Assembly (NCBI GenBank): GCA_905234655.1
Contig: CAJOJG010000006.1
Span: 4,709-68,708, forward strand
Length of the DNA stretch: 64,000 bases
DNA from: an uncultured Bacteroidales bacterium
GTDB lineage: Bacteria; Bacteroidota; Bacteroidia; Bacteroidales; UBA3824
Reading direction: 5' to 3'
Shown: piece by piece, positions 1 through 8,975 of the stretch
Layout: the number at the start of each line of letters is the position of its first letter
Position numbering within the stretch: position 1 is the first letter of the stretch
Translations under genes and position numbers: made by a program
The notes under the pieces: model-generated
Databases searched by the model: none
What the model saw: the letters and a program-made list of their open reading frames with translations, nothing else
Told to the model about the DNA's origin: nothing

Positions 1-428
1 TAGCCGCTGCCGTCGTCCATCTGACATCCGCCGCAGTACAACTCTTTGATTATTATTTTGTTGACGAATGCCTCGACGAGCGGAATCCGCGTAAAGACCG
101 CCGCAGATGTCGTTACGACGATTTCGCCTGACTTGCCGTTGTAGACAGTCGTGCCGGTGGTCTTGTCGCTGACGGTGGCAGTGTAAACGCCCGACGGTAT
201 TTCAAAAACCGCCGTGCCGCTCTCGTCGGTCTCGCCCTTGAAAACGCCGCCCTGATTGTCAGTGAGCGTTACTACAACGCCGCTGTGGACGGTCATGGAC
301 GAATTTTCGGGGTACGAGAGGGACACCGATAGCGTCTGCAACGGGAAGTCGAAGGTGTCCTCGTCCAAGGAACCGACGCAGCCCGCCGCCGTCAACAACA
401 GAAATAATATGTATGATATTTTTTTCAT
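1..428 (-). CDS. Lipoprotein, 5' portion only (gene continues past the left edge)
   Basis: Absent from the ORF track because there is no stop in the window. The reverse complement from the ATG at 428-426 reads MKKISYILFLLLTAAGCVGSLDEDTFDFPLQTLSVSLSYPENSSMTVHSGVVVTLTDNQGGVFKGETDESGTAVFEIPSGVYTATVSDKTTGTTVYNGKSGEIVVTTSAAVFTRIPLVEAFVNKIIIKELYCGGCQMDDGSG, open to position 1. It has a lipobox (AAGC) and a carboxypeptidase-regulatory-like beta-sandwich signature. It is co-oriented with the TonB receptor gene and lies 130 bp downstream of it. Confidence 0.6.
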   Translation of the reverse strand, partial: MKKISYILFLLLTAAGCVGSLDEDTFDFPLQTLSVSLSYPENSSMTVHSGVVVTLTDNQGGVFKGETDESGTAVFEIPSGVYTATVSDKTTGTTVYNGKSGEIVVTTSAAVFTRIPLVEAFVNKIIIKELYCGGCQMDDGSG

Positions 429-442
429 ATATATATTTTTTT

Positions 443-549
443 AGTCACGGAAAACACGGAATTTAGTTTCCGTGGGTTCTGTAAATATTTTTGTAAAAAA
501 TATTTGTTTTCCACATTCTCTTTCAGTGTTTTCTGTGTGTTTCGTGACC
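443..549 (-). repeat. Short-form inverted-repeat element, copy A (MITE/REP-like), inverted relative to copy 59189-59295
   Basis: The reverse complement of 443-549 aligns end to end with 59189-59295 with only a few mismatches or indels. Terminal inverted repeats are GGTCACG(G)AA(A)ACAC ... GTGTTTTCCGTGAC. The core is a central palindrome, AAATATTTTT-N-AAAAATATTT. It fills the gap between the receptor stop (559) and the next start (428). Confidence 0.85.
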
Positions 550-558
550 CAAATACAC

Positions 559-3540
559 TCATATCTTTATCCTCAATGTCATTCCATAATAAAAATCGGG
601 TATGTAGCCGCTGTCGTAGAGCGAGGATTTCAGGCCGGTGCGGCTCGATTTCACGTCGCCGTTATGACAGAAAAAGTTGTTGGCGTAAAAACTTACCGAC
701 GCCCGGTCGCCGATTTCCTTTGTAACGCTGATGTTTGCGGAATAGTACGCCGAAATTTTGTCGGGGTTGAAAGTGTAGCCGTAATTAGTTGTCGTAGTGA
801 GTTTTGCGAGGTCGACGTAGAGGTTTGGGTCGTTTTCCTTGGCCCAAATGAAACGCTCGGCAAAAGGTATCAGTTCGTCGGGACGGTCCCACGTCGAATA
901 ATATGCGGGATAGACCGTTACGTAAAAATCCCTCATCTTTTCGTCGTATGGGATGCCCGTCGTCGCGCCCTTTTCGCCCGACGCATACGCCAACGTGCCG
1001 TATTTGCCGCTGTCAATCAGCAACTTGGAAAACCTGTAAAGCGTCGCTTCCACCCTCAGCGAGATTATCATACGGATTTTTGGAATGTGGGTGGTGAGGG
1101 TCAGGTTTTGGTTCAGTTGTTTTTTGAGAGTGCCATTGTAATATGAATTGCTTGCGCCAGAGGCAGTTGACGTGTTGGAACTGCCGGCGTAATAGCCAAT
1201 CAGGTTGAACGGCGTGCCGTCGGCGGCGAGCGACGTAGAATTTGGCCAATACGCTAATAATGTGGTGTTTGCGCCCTCATAACGGTAAAAACTTCCGTCC
1301 AGCCGCACCGAAGTTTTCAAGCACTTGATTTGCGGAAAATCTGCCGTCCAATCTATTCCGTAACGCTTTATGGGATTGGCGTTTACGAAAGTTGTGTTGG
1401 ATTTGTAAGTGTTTTTGGCGGTGGCGGCGAGCGTCTGCGGCGGGGTGGCGTTTGTTTTGTCGCTGACGGTAACTATGCCGCTCGTCTGGTCGATGGAATA
1501 CAGGCGGTTTTCACTCGGAATCGCAACGCCCTCTAATTCAGACGCATACGTCTTGTAATATGTGAACGGCATGTAATTATAGACCGAAATATACGACTTG
1601 AAAGTTTTGTTGTAATATGCTGATACATTGATTTTTATGCCGCTGACGACGATTTCCGTGCCCAATTCGCATTGGTTGGTGTATTGCCACTTCAAATCCT
1701 TGTTTCGCGCGGCGGCGAAGGGGTGCGTGTAATATGCGTAGAATGCCTTGCCGTCGGCGGTGGAAGTCGAGGCAAAAACTTGCTCGTCGTAGTACGTCGG
1801 ACGCGGGTAAAGTACCTGAAACGAAGGCAGTTTGACACTTTTGCCATAGCCGCCGTAGATGCTCATGGTGCTGACGGTCTTTGCGCGGTCGTTCCAAAAA
1901 ACATACTTCAAATTTCCCCTCGGCGATAGCGACGACACTGTGCCGTAATCGCTGCCCGAAATCGTCGTCAAATCCTCGCGAAGTCCAAAAGTCAACTGAA
2001 TTTCAGAGCCTTTGATGTTTTTGAAGACGGGCGCGGTGAGTTTGTTTTCGGCGTAGAGGGCGACATTGTTCATCGCGGGCAAATCCTTGTAGCGGTACTC
2101 GCGGTAGCCGTCGGGGGCGAGGCGCGGATTGTCGTAATAAATGCCTGCGCCGAGGTTCCGGTCTTGCGAAAATTCTGCGCCCACCATGATTTTGTCCGTC
2201 AAAACCGAAAAATATTTCACAAGGTCGCCTTTCAGTTTCGCGCTGAGATTCAGCGGTTTGCTTTCCGAAAATTCCTTCACGTACCAGTATCCCGTGGGCG
2301 AGAGGACGATTGGCGACGTTGGGTCGTCGTCATAGTCGTGCGCGATGAAATAGCCCTCGTCTGTCGTGTGGACGTAAGGCTGGGTGGACGCGCTGTTTCG
2401 GTTGGCGTTTGATTCAGTGGTCTTGTCGGCGGCAGACATTGATAATGAGGCGTTTAGGTTGGTAATCCAACTCTTGTTCAATAGCCACGAGAGGTGCGAA
2501 TTGAGCCGCACGACATAGTCTTTTTTCTTGACGTAATTGTCGGAAAATGCGTCGGGATCCGCTTCGGAATCGTATCCGCCGGTATTGCCGCTCGCCGAAA
2601 ATGTGAACATCAACGGATTGTCAGTCAGACTGTTGAAAGTCTTGCTGTATTTGAGGTCGAGGACGTTGCGGGCGTAACTCGTGTGCGGACTCGCGATGTC
2701 GGTGTAGGATTTGGTGTGCTCGAAAGAAGCGTTGAGCGTGCCAAAATGATTTTTGAGTTCAAATCCCTTGCTCACGGCGGCTTGCTTGGTGTGCGGATTG
2801 GTGGCGAGGTCGATGACGAATGGGGTCTTGCCTTTTTTGGTGTTGACGATTACAATGCCGTTGCTCAGGTCGCCGTATTCCACTGACGGAATGCCAGTTA
2901 TGATTTCGACGCTCTCGATGTTGGTCGCGCTGATGTTCCGCGTAGACGCGCCGGCGGTTTCGTCGAGGTCGGCATTGTTTGAGATACGTGCGCCGTCGGC
3001 TTGGATTGCGGTCGCGAAGGACGCGTTGCCGAGTTCCGACGAGCCGCTGCGAAGGGCTGTGCGGTTGTCAGTGGTGAGGGTGGAATTGACGGTCTTGCCG
3101 CCGGGCAAAAGGCTGTTGATGTCGCTGACGTTGATTATTTGCTGATGGTCCAACGCCTTGCGGTCGAGAGTGTAAGCCGTCGAAACCTCGGTGGCGGATT
3201 TTTGGGCGGTAACGGTAACTTCCTGAATTTCAAGGTTGTCCTCTTTCAGGAAAATCGTCAGCGGATTCATGTCTTTTGTAACGACAAATTCCCGCTTGAC
3301 GTAGCCGAGGCACTGCACCGAGAGTTTGATTTGGTCAGTCGGGACATTCTTGATTGTGAACGAGCCGTCGTCGGCGGAAATCGTCCACAACTGATTGTCG
3401 CCCAATACGATAGTAGCAAAAGGCACGGGCGAAGAGTCTCTGAGGCTCTTGACCGTGCCGTTGAGGGTAAAGTTTTGAGCCGACAATCCGCTGATTGTCA
3501 GGAATATCAATGCAATATAGACTAATATTCTGTGGCTCAT
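559..3540 (-). CDS. TonB-dependent outer-membrane receptor (not SusC-paired)
   Basis: 993 aa. Signal peptide MSHRILVYIALIFLTISGLSAQ. CarboxypepD_reg-like N-domain (NFTLNGTVKS...PVPFATIVL). Plug-like segment (EVTVTAQK ... IESVEIITGIPSVEYGD). A long barrel ends in ...YYGMTLRIKI. No SusD gene follows it. Confidence 0.85.
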   Translation of the reverse strand: MSHRILVYIALIFLTISGLSAQNFTLNGTVKSLRDSSPVPFATIVLGDNQLWTISADDGSFTIKNVPTDQIKLSVQCLGYVKREFVVTKDMNPLTIFLKEDNLEIQEVTVTAQKSATEVSTAYTLDRKALDHQQIINVSDINSLLPGGKTVNSTLTTDNRTALRSGSSELGNASFATAIQADGARISNNADLDETAGASTRNISATNIESVEIITGIPSVEYGDLSNGIVIVNTKKGKTPFVIDLATNPHTKQAAVSKGFELKNHFGTLNASFEHTKSYTDIASPHTSYARNVLDLKYSKTFNSLTDNPLMFTFSASGNTGGYDSEADPDAFSDNYVKKKDYVVRLNSHLSWLLNKSWITNLNASLSMSAADKTTESNANRNSASTQPYVHTTDEGYFIAHDYDDDPTSPIVLSPTGYWYVKEFSESKPLNLSAKLKGDLVKYFSVLTDKIMVGAEFSQDRNLGAGIYYDNPRLAPDGYREYRYKDLPAMNNVALYAENKLTAPVFKNIKGSEIQLTFGLREDLTTISGSDYGTVSSLSPRGNLKYVFWNDRAKTVSTMSIYGGYGKSVKLPSFQVLYPRPTYYDEQVFASTSTADGKAFYAYYTHPFAAARNKDLKWQYTNQCELGTEIVVSGIKINVSAYYNKTFKSYISVYNYMPFTYYKTYASELEGVAIPSENRLYSIDQTSGIVTVSDKTNATPPQTLAATAKNTYKSNTTFVNANPIKRYGIDWTADFPQIKCLKTSVRLDGSFYRYEGANTTLLAYWPNSTSLAADGTPFNLIGYYAGSSNTSTASGASNSYYNGTLKKQLNQNLTLTTHIPKIRMIISLRVEATLYRFSKLLIDSGKYGTLAYASGEKGATTGIPYDEKMRDFYVTVYPAYYSTWDRPDELIPFAERFIWAKENDPNLYVDLAKLTTTTNYGYTFNPDKISAYYSANISVTKEIGDRASVSFYANNFFCHNGDVKSSRTGLKSSLYDSGYIPDFYYGMTLRIKI

Positions 3541-3549
3541 TGTTTTAGT

Positions 3550-4497
3550 TTATTTTGACGTGCCGTCCACCGTCGGCGCGGCGTTTTCGGTAGCCGTGAA
3601 ATAATTGCGCAGCGTCAAGATGCTCTTGCCGTTGTAGTAATAGTCGTAAAAATCATCGACATTGATTACATAGCCTTCCAACTTCCAAGAATGTTCGCCG
3701 GTAGCGTCGATGAATTTGTCTTCTGTGAGTTCGATTGTTACGTCGTCGCCATAGCGGTCTTTGCCTATGTATTTACCGTAGAACGAGTTAGCATCTTCTG
3801 CGTTGTAGATGCCGGTCTGACGGTAAAGTTCGTTGCCGACAAAATACAAGGCGTAGTTGTAGTCGGAAAATTCGTCGCCGAATGAAATCGTTGAAGTCTC
3901 AGCATCAAATGTGATGTCGCTGACGTAGGTGTACTTGTTTTCGTCGTTCCAGTCGAGAGAATATGCTTTCATATTTTTGAAGTCGAAATACTTGCCGGCG
4001 GCGGTGTAGTTCGACGCTTTGAGTTGGTCGAGGGTGGGTTGCTTGACGAGGGCGATGGTTGTGGACATGATTGTCAGGTTCTTGTCGATGACGGTGGCAT
4101 CAATGAGTTCCTGAGTGAGCGGTTGAGCGGTCGTAGCGTCGTCGCCGAGTACTATGCCGATGATTTTGCGGTCGGCGTTGTCTTTTGGAAGTTCAATGTC
4201 CTTCAGCGCAGTAGCCGAATCAGCGGAAACAGTTGCGAGAGTTTCGCCGTTGATGAGGAATGTTACGGTGAACTTGGTAACTTCGGGTTCCGGGATTGGC
4301 TGATTGGCGGTGGTGTCAATGGGATTGATTTTGGTGGTGTCAGATGGGTTGACTTTGGTAGTGTCGTTTGGTTTGACGGCAGAGGAATCGGTTTCGTCGG
4401 ACGGTGTGATTACGTCGTCCTCGTCGTCGCCGCAAGAGGCAAAGCCCAACGAGAGCATCAGGGCGGCAAGCGCCATTGCAAAAAGATTCTTTTTCAT
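3550..4497 (-). CDS. Hypothetical surface lipoprotein
   Basis: 315 aa. Lipobox LGFASC is followed by an acidic GDDEDD run. It carries imperfect Thr/Pro-rich repeats (KPNDTTKVNPSDTTKINPIDTT). It ends 9 bp upstream of the receptor gene, so it is probably the first gene of the operon. Confidence 0.7.
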   Translation of the reverse strand: MKKNLFAMALAALMLSLGFASCGDDEDDVITPSDETDSSAVKPNDTTKVNPSDTTKINPIDTTANQPIPEPEVTKFTVTFLINGETLATVSADSATALKDIELPKDNADRKIIGIVLGDDATTAQPLTQELIDATVIDKNLTIMSTTIALVKQPTLDQLKASNYTAAGKYFDFKNMKAYSLDWNDENKYTYVSDITFDAETSTISFGDEFSDYNYALYFVGNELYRQTGIYNAEDANSFYGKYIGKDRYGDDVTIELTEDKFIDATGEHSWKLEGYVINVDDFYDYYYNGKSILTLRNYFTATENAAPTVDGTSK

Positions 4498-4625
4498 TTG
4501 TCTGTTTTTAATTAATTCTGTTAACTTTTAGACAGCAAAATTACCGAAATCCGCCATTCCCGGCAATACCTAAAATGAGGTATTTCAAACCACGATTCTT
4601 AATTATTTTTAGGTACTCGAAATCT

Positions 4626-4657
4626 TTTGCAAGGTAACAAAAATAAATGTAATTTTG
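4626..4657 (+). promoter_or_regulatory. Candidate Bacteroides-type promoter (-33 TTTG / -7 TAnnTTTG)
   Basis: TTTG at 4626-4629, then 20 nt, then TAATTTTG at 4650-4657. The -7 box overlaps the first in-frame ATG (4655), which favours ATG 4676 as the true start of the downstream gene. Confidence 0.4.
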
Positions 4658-4675
4658 CAAAAAATTTTACTGATT

Positions 4676-5254
4676 ATGATACAATTAAGAAAAACTGTCG
4701 TCACACTACTTATAATAGGTGTGGCAATTTTGGCGGCATGCTCGGGCAACCAGGGGCAGAGTGCCGCCGAGAGGAACGTCAACCAAAAGGAACAATTCGT
4801 TGCGCCCGCCAACTCGATGACCCCGAAGCAAATCTCTGACAAGGGCATGGAACTCGTTGACAAAGAGGTAATTATCGCTGGCAAAATCACCCACGTGTGC
4901 CACCGCTCGGGCAAAAAATGCTTCATCGTCGGCGAGGACGACAGCCTGTTGTCGATGCAGGTGTTTGTAGGCGGCGAGATAGACACCTTCCCCCGCGAAA
5001 TGGCTCATCAAAAGGTGGCGATAAGCGGCATCCTGAAAGTCAACAAAATCGCCAAAGACCGCATCCTCGAAAGCGAAAAACAGGCGCAAGAGAAGATGCC
5101 CGCCGACACTTCGACGGAAGAAAACTGCATGATAATGGAACGCTGCCACAGTGTCATGAACCAGACCGCCCAGATGAAAGAATACATGGAAAAGAACGGA
5201 ACGGACTACTATCCAGTCTTTTACGTCGAGGGGCGGAAATACTTGGCGAAGTAA
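4676..5254 (+). CDS. Hypothetical small lipoprotein
   Basis: The ORF-track frame is 4655-5254. I prefer the start MIQLRKTVVTLLIIGVAILAACSG (lipobox LAAC) at 4676. I recognise no family motif. Confidence 0.6.
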   Translation: MIQLRKTVVTLLIIGVAILAACSGNQGQSAAERNVNQKEQFVAPANSMTPKQISDKGMELVDKEVIIAGKITHVCHRSGKKCFIVGEDDSLLSMQVFVGGEIDTFPREMAHQKVAISGILKVNKIAKDRILESEKQAQEKMPADTSTEENCMIMERCHSVMNQTAQMKEYMEKNGTDYYPVFYVEGRKYLAK

Positions 5255-5303
5255 CGCCGAGATAGGTGTTTCTAATCACTAACTCATAATCCTATTTCCC
5301 GGG

Positions 5304-5343
5304 CGAGGCTGACATACAAAACGTATGTCGGCCTCGTTTTTTT
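5304..5343 (+). terminator. Rho-independent terminator
   Basis: CGAGGCTGACATAC-aaaa-GTATGTCGGCCTCG followed by T7, about 50 nt after the stop at 5254. Confidence 0.65.
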
Positions 5344-5792
5344 ATGCCCTTCTTTTCCACTGCGCGCCCTGTATCCGCCCTCAAAAACCGCCCTCCTGCG
5401 ATTTCGGTCCATGTAACATTTTTAATATGTTAACTATCTGATTATTAAGGTATTATAAAATTTTATGCAACATTTGTAATATGCGATGTTCGATTTTTAA
5501 AACAATGTAACATCATTTTGTAACATTTCAAAAACATCGTGTAACACGAAAAATTGGCGGCAAAATTTTTAGTGCTTTACTTTGCAGCATCGATTTCGGA
5601 ACATTGGAATCGACAACACTGTAATAAACCAAAATGTTAATTAAAATTATGAAGAAAAACTACCAAAAGCGCAAGCCGCCAGCGCGACGAGTCTAAGGCC
5701 CCGGCCTTCGGACAGGCGGCATGGTCAACACGATTATGCTTTAATCAAATTTATCAACTAATTTATTTTACCTCAAACAAATCATTTATTAA

Positions 5793-8700
5793 ATGAAAAG
5801 AGAATCAATTCAATTAAGGAAATTTGTATTGCTTCTTGCCCTGATGATTTGCTCGTTCGACCTGCTTGCGCAGGTGACGCTGACGGGTACGGTCACGGAC
5901 GAGGACGGCAATACGCTTCCTGGAGTAAATGTGTTTGAAAAAGGTACCACCAACGGTACTATTACGGATCTTGACGGTAAATATATGCTGAACGTCCGCA
6001 GCGGCGCGACTGTGTCGTTCAGTTATATAGGTTACGACGAGCAAGAGTTCACCGTATCAGGCACAAAATCAATCAATGTGGTACTCAAAGAGAGTTCCAA
6101 GGAAATCGAGGAGGTCGTCATCGTCGGTTACGGCCAGCAGCGCAAGGCTTCGGTCGTCGGCGCGATTACGCAGACCTCGGGCAAGACTCTCGAACGCGCA
6201 GCAGGTGTGAGCGACCTCAGCTCGGCTCTCACCGGCAATCTCCCCGGCGTCGTCACAGTGACGAGTACTGGTATGCCGGGTCAGGAAGAGGCTAAAATCA
6301 CAATCCGTGGTGCTGCATCGTGGACTGACGGCGGTGCTGACCCGCTCGTGCTTGTGGACGGTATCGAACGTCCTATGAGCAGCGTGGACGTGTCGTCTGT
6401 ACAGAGCATCTCCGTGCTTAAGGACGCTTCCGCAACCGCTGTGTACGGTGTCAAGGGCGCAAACGGCGTTATCCTTATTACTACAAAGCGTGGTTCGGAG
6501 GGAAAGGCGCAGATTAATGTGACTGCCACTTCTACTATCAAAACTGTATCCAAACTCCCTGGCAAATACGATTCTTACGACTCATACATGTACCGTAACA
6601 TCGCTGTAGAGCATGAGTTGAACCTTTTGCCGGAAAACTTCAACCTCATCAGAACCCAGTCTTTCATCAATAATTACCGCAACCAAAGCGGCGAGGACGA
6701 ACTTGGAAACCTGATTTCAGAGCGTTATCCTAATGTGGACTGGCAGGACGAAATCTTCAAGACCCACGCGATGGCTTATAACGCAAGCCTTAACATCTCG
6801 GGTGGTAATAAGTTTGTCCGCTACTTCACCGCCGTCGACTGGGCTAATGAAGGTGACATGATGAACGTGTTTGACAATGGCCGTGGTTATAAAGGCGGCT
6901 ATGGTTACAACAGGTTCAATGTCCGTTCCAACCTTGACTTCCAGTTGACAAAGTCCACAGTCTTCAAGGTCAACCTCGCTGGCTCGCTCGGCGTCCGCAA
7001 GACCCCGTGGAACAACTCCAACCTCGGCGTAGGCGACTGGGGCATCTCCCAGCAGTGGGCCGTATTCCTCCCACAGTATGCCGACGGCTCGTGGGGCTAC
7101 GACTACCTCGCTCGTCCCAACGCCACCAACTCCGCTGTAAACGTGGCTATCGGCGGCCTCCAGTACACCACCAACACCAAAATCACCACCGACTTCATCT
7201 TGGAGCAGGACCTCAGCATGTTGACAAAGGGCCTTTCCGTTAAGGCCTCCGTCTCCTGGGACAACAACTTCAACGAGTGGCAGCGCGGTGTTAGCGACAT
7301 GTACAACGACCCGCAGTACAAGTGGATTGACCCCGAGACAGGCGAAGTGCATTACAAGACTGAGAAGGACAACCAGACCGGCCTCGACCCCGACGCCAAC
7401 CCAATCAAATGGTCCACGCAGGGCGGCAGCGTCCAGGACTGGGCCACCGGCCGAAACCTCACCTATATGGCCCAGATCAACTGGAACCGCAATTTCGACA
7501 AGCACTACATTACCGCGATGGGTTCGTTCCAGCGTGAGGAGAGGGTGACGGGCTCTTCTATCCCCAACTTGCGTGAAGACTGGATCTTCCGTCTCACATA
7601 CAACTGGAACGACCGCTACTTCCTCGAATACAACGGCGCATACAACGGCACCGAGAAATTCTCCTCCGACAACCGTTTCGCATTCTTCAATTCCGGCTCC
7701 ATCGGCTGGATGATCAGCAACGAGCCTTTCATGTCGTCCATCAAGGAAAAAGGCATCCTCGACCAGTTTAAGATCAGGGCGTCTTACGGCGAAATCGGCA
7801 ACGACTGGTACGGTTCGCGCTGGCTCTACCTCACAGAATGGGACCTCGGCTCCGGCGACGGCAACAACTTTGTCAACACAGCTCCTTTGAGCTCCGACCG
7901 TACTTCGAGCCCCTACCAAATCTACAAGGAAAGCAAGGTGGGTAATCCTGACGTCCACTGGGAAGTCGCCCGTAAGTTCAACTTCGGTATCGACTACTCG
8001 TTCCTCAATGGATTGGTTTCCGGTTCTGTCGACATCTTCAAGGACAAGCGTTCCGACGTACTCGTGGGCGGCGGTGACCGTTCTGTCCCTGCATACTTCG
8101 GACAGAGCGCACCTACCGCAAACCTCGGTAAGGTAGAGAACAAGGGTTACGAAATTGAGGTGAAACTTAACAAGACTTTTGGAAAAATACGTACATGGGC
8201 TAACTTGAACATGACTCACGCTGAAAACAAGATTATTGTAAAAGACGACGCACAGTTACTTCCCGATTACCGCAAGCAGGCTGGATATGCCATTGGCCAG
8301 ACACGTACATACTTAGATAACGGCCGCATCACCAATTACGACGAATTGTATGCAGCACCTCAAACCTACCAGTTCAACGACCAGCGTCTTATGGGCGACT
8401 ACTACATCGTAGACTTTAACGGCGACGGTCAGATTACTGAAGACGACCAGGCTCCCTGGGGATACTCCGGCACTCCGCAGAACACTTACAACGCTACTTT
8501 GGGCATCGAGTACAAAGGATGGAGCGCATTCGCGCAGTTCTACGGCGTTACTAATGTAACCCGCGACGTCAACCTCACCTCCTTCGGCGGTAAGTTCAAC
8601 AACGTCTATGAGCAGGGCACATGGTACAGCGAGGATCCCTCCAATGCCGACATCGAGACTCCGAGGTACAACTCGAGCCTCTTCACAACCGGCACTCAGT

Positions 8701-8936
8701 TCCTCTACGACGCTTCTTACATAAGGCTAAAGACTATCGAAATCGCATATACTTTCCCAAAGCTCATGCTCGGTAAGTACGCATTCTCCGACGTCAAGAT
8801 CTACGTCAACGGCAATAACCTCTGGCTTTGGTCGAGGATGCCTGACGACCGCGAAAGCAACTTCGCCGGTGCCTCCAACCAGGGCCAGTATCCTACCGTC
8901 AAGCGTTTCACGATTGGTCTGAAATTTAGTTTGTAA
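5793..8936 (+). CDS. SusC/RagA-family TonB-linked transporter (first of tandem pair, XusA-like)
   Basis: 1047 aa. N-terminal CarboxypepD_reg signature VTLTGTVTDEDGNTLPGVNVFEKGTTNGTITDLDGKY. Plug with VVIVGYGQQRK and GANGVILITTKRG. A SusD gene starts 39 bp downstream. Confidence 0.95.
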   Translation: MKRESIQLRKFVLLLALMICSFDLLAQVTLTGTVTDEDGNTLPGVNVFEKGTTNGTITDLDGKYMLNVRSGATVSFSYIGYDEQEFTVSGTKSINVVLKESSKEIEEVVIVGYGQQRKASVVGAITQTSGKTLERAAGVSDLSSALTGNLPGVVTVTSTGMPGQEEAKITIRGAASWTDGGADPLVLVDGIERPMSSVDVSSVQSISVLKDASATAVYGVKGANGVILITTKRGSEGKAQINVTATSTIKTVSKLPGKYDSYDSYMYRNIAVEHELNLLPENFNLIRTQSFINNYRNQSGEDELGNLISERYPNVDWQDEIFKTHAMAYNASLNISGGNKFVRYFTAVDWANEGDMMNVFDNGRGYKGGYGYNRFNVRSNLDFQLTKSTVFKVNLAGSLGVRKTPWNNSNLGVGDWGISQQWAVFLPQYADGSWGYDYLARPNATNSAVNVAIGGLQYTTNTKITTDFILEQDLSMLTKGLSVKASVSWDNNFNEWQRGVSDMYNDPQYKWIDPETGEVHYKTEKDNQTGLDPDANPIKWSTQGGSVQDWATGRNLTYMAQINWNRNFDKHYITAMGSFQREERVTGSSIPNLREDWIFRLTYNWNDRYFLEYNGAYNGTEKFSSDNRFAFFNSGSIGWMISNEPFMSSIKEKGILDQFKIRASYGEIGNDWYGSRWLYLTEWDLGSGDGNNFVNTAPLSSDRTSSPYQIYKESKVGNPDVHWEVARKFNFGIDYSFLNGLVSGSVDIFKDKRSDVLVGGGDRSVPAYFGQSAPTANLGKVENKGYEIEVKLNKTFGKIRTWANLNMTHAENKIIVKDDAQLLPDYRKQAGYAIGQTRTYLDNGRITNYDELYAAPQTYQFNDQRLMGDYYIVDFNGDGQITEDDQAPWGYSGTPQNTYNATLGIEYKGWSAFAQFYGVTNVTRDVNLTSFGGKFNNVYEQGTWYSEDPSNADIETPRYNSSLFTTGTQFLYDASYIRLKTIEIAYTFPKLMLGKYAFSDVKIYVNGNNLWLWSRMPDDRESNFAGASNQGQYPTVKRFTIGLKFSL

Positions 8937-8975
8937 TTCAGCATGTAATTAAGAAACTTAATTCGTTACATCAAA

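Noticed and set aside
472-1146. 224-aa plus-strand ORF overlapping the 3' end of the TonB receptor gene and the repeat element.
   Set aside because: It starts inside the repeat element, overlaps the clear minus-strand receptor gene, and has no recognisable motifs.
4655-4675. Upstream in-frame ATG (4655) as the start of the small lipoprotein gene.
   Set aside because: It overlaps the candidate -7 promoter box (4650-4657) and adds seven residues ahead of an otherwise canonical signal peptide. ATG 4676 is preferred, but this remains unproven.
6717-8219. 500-aa minus-strand ORF inside the first SusC gene. Similar long antisense ORFs occur at 26989-28383, 19656-20687, 20917-22137, 15723-16751, 36294-37409, 9858-10847, 33366-34232 and 59334-60296.
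   Set aside because: These are shadow ORFs, typical of GC3-rich coding DNA. Their translations are Val/Ala/Gly/Arg-rich low-complexity sequence with no signal peptides or family motifs. The sense frames carry unmistakable SusC, GH10, GH5, GuaB and GH97 signatures and fit the operon structure.
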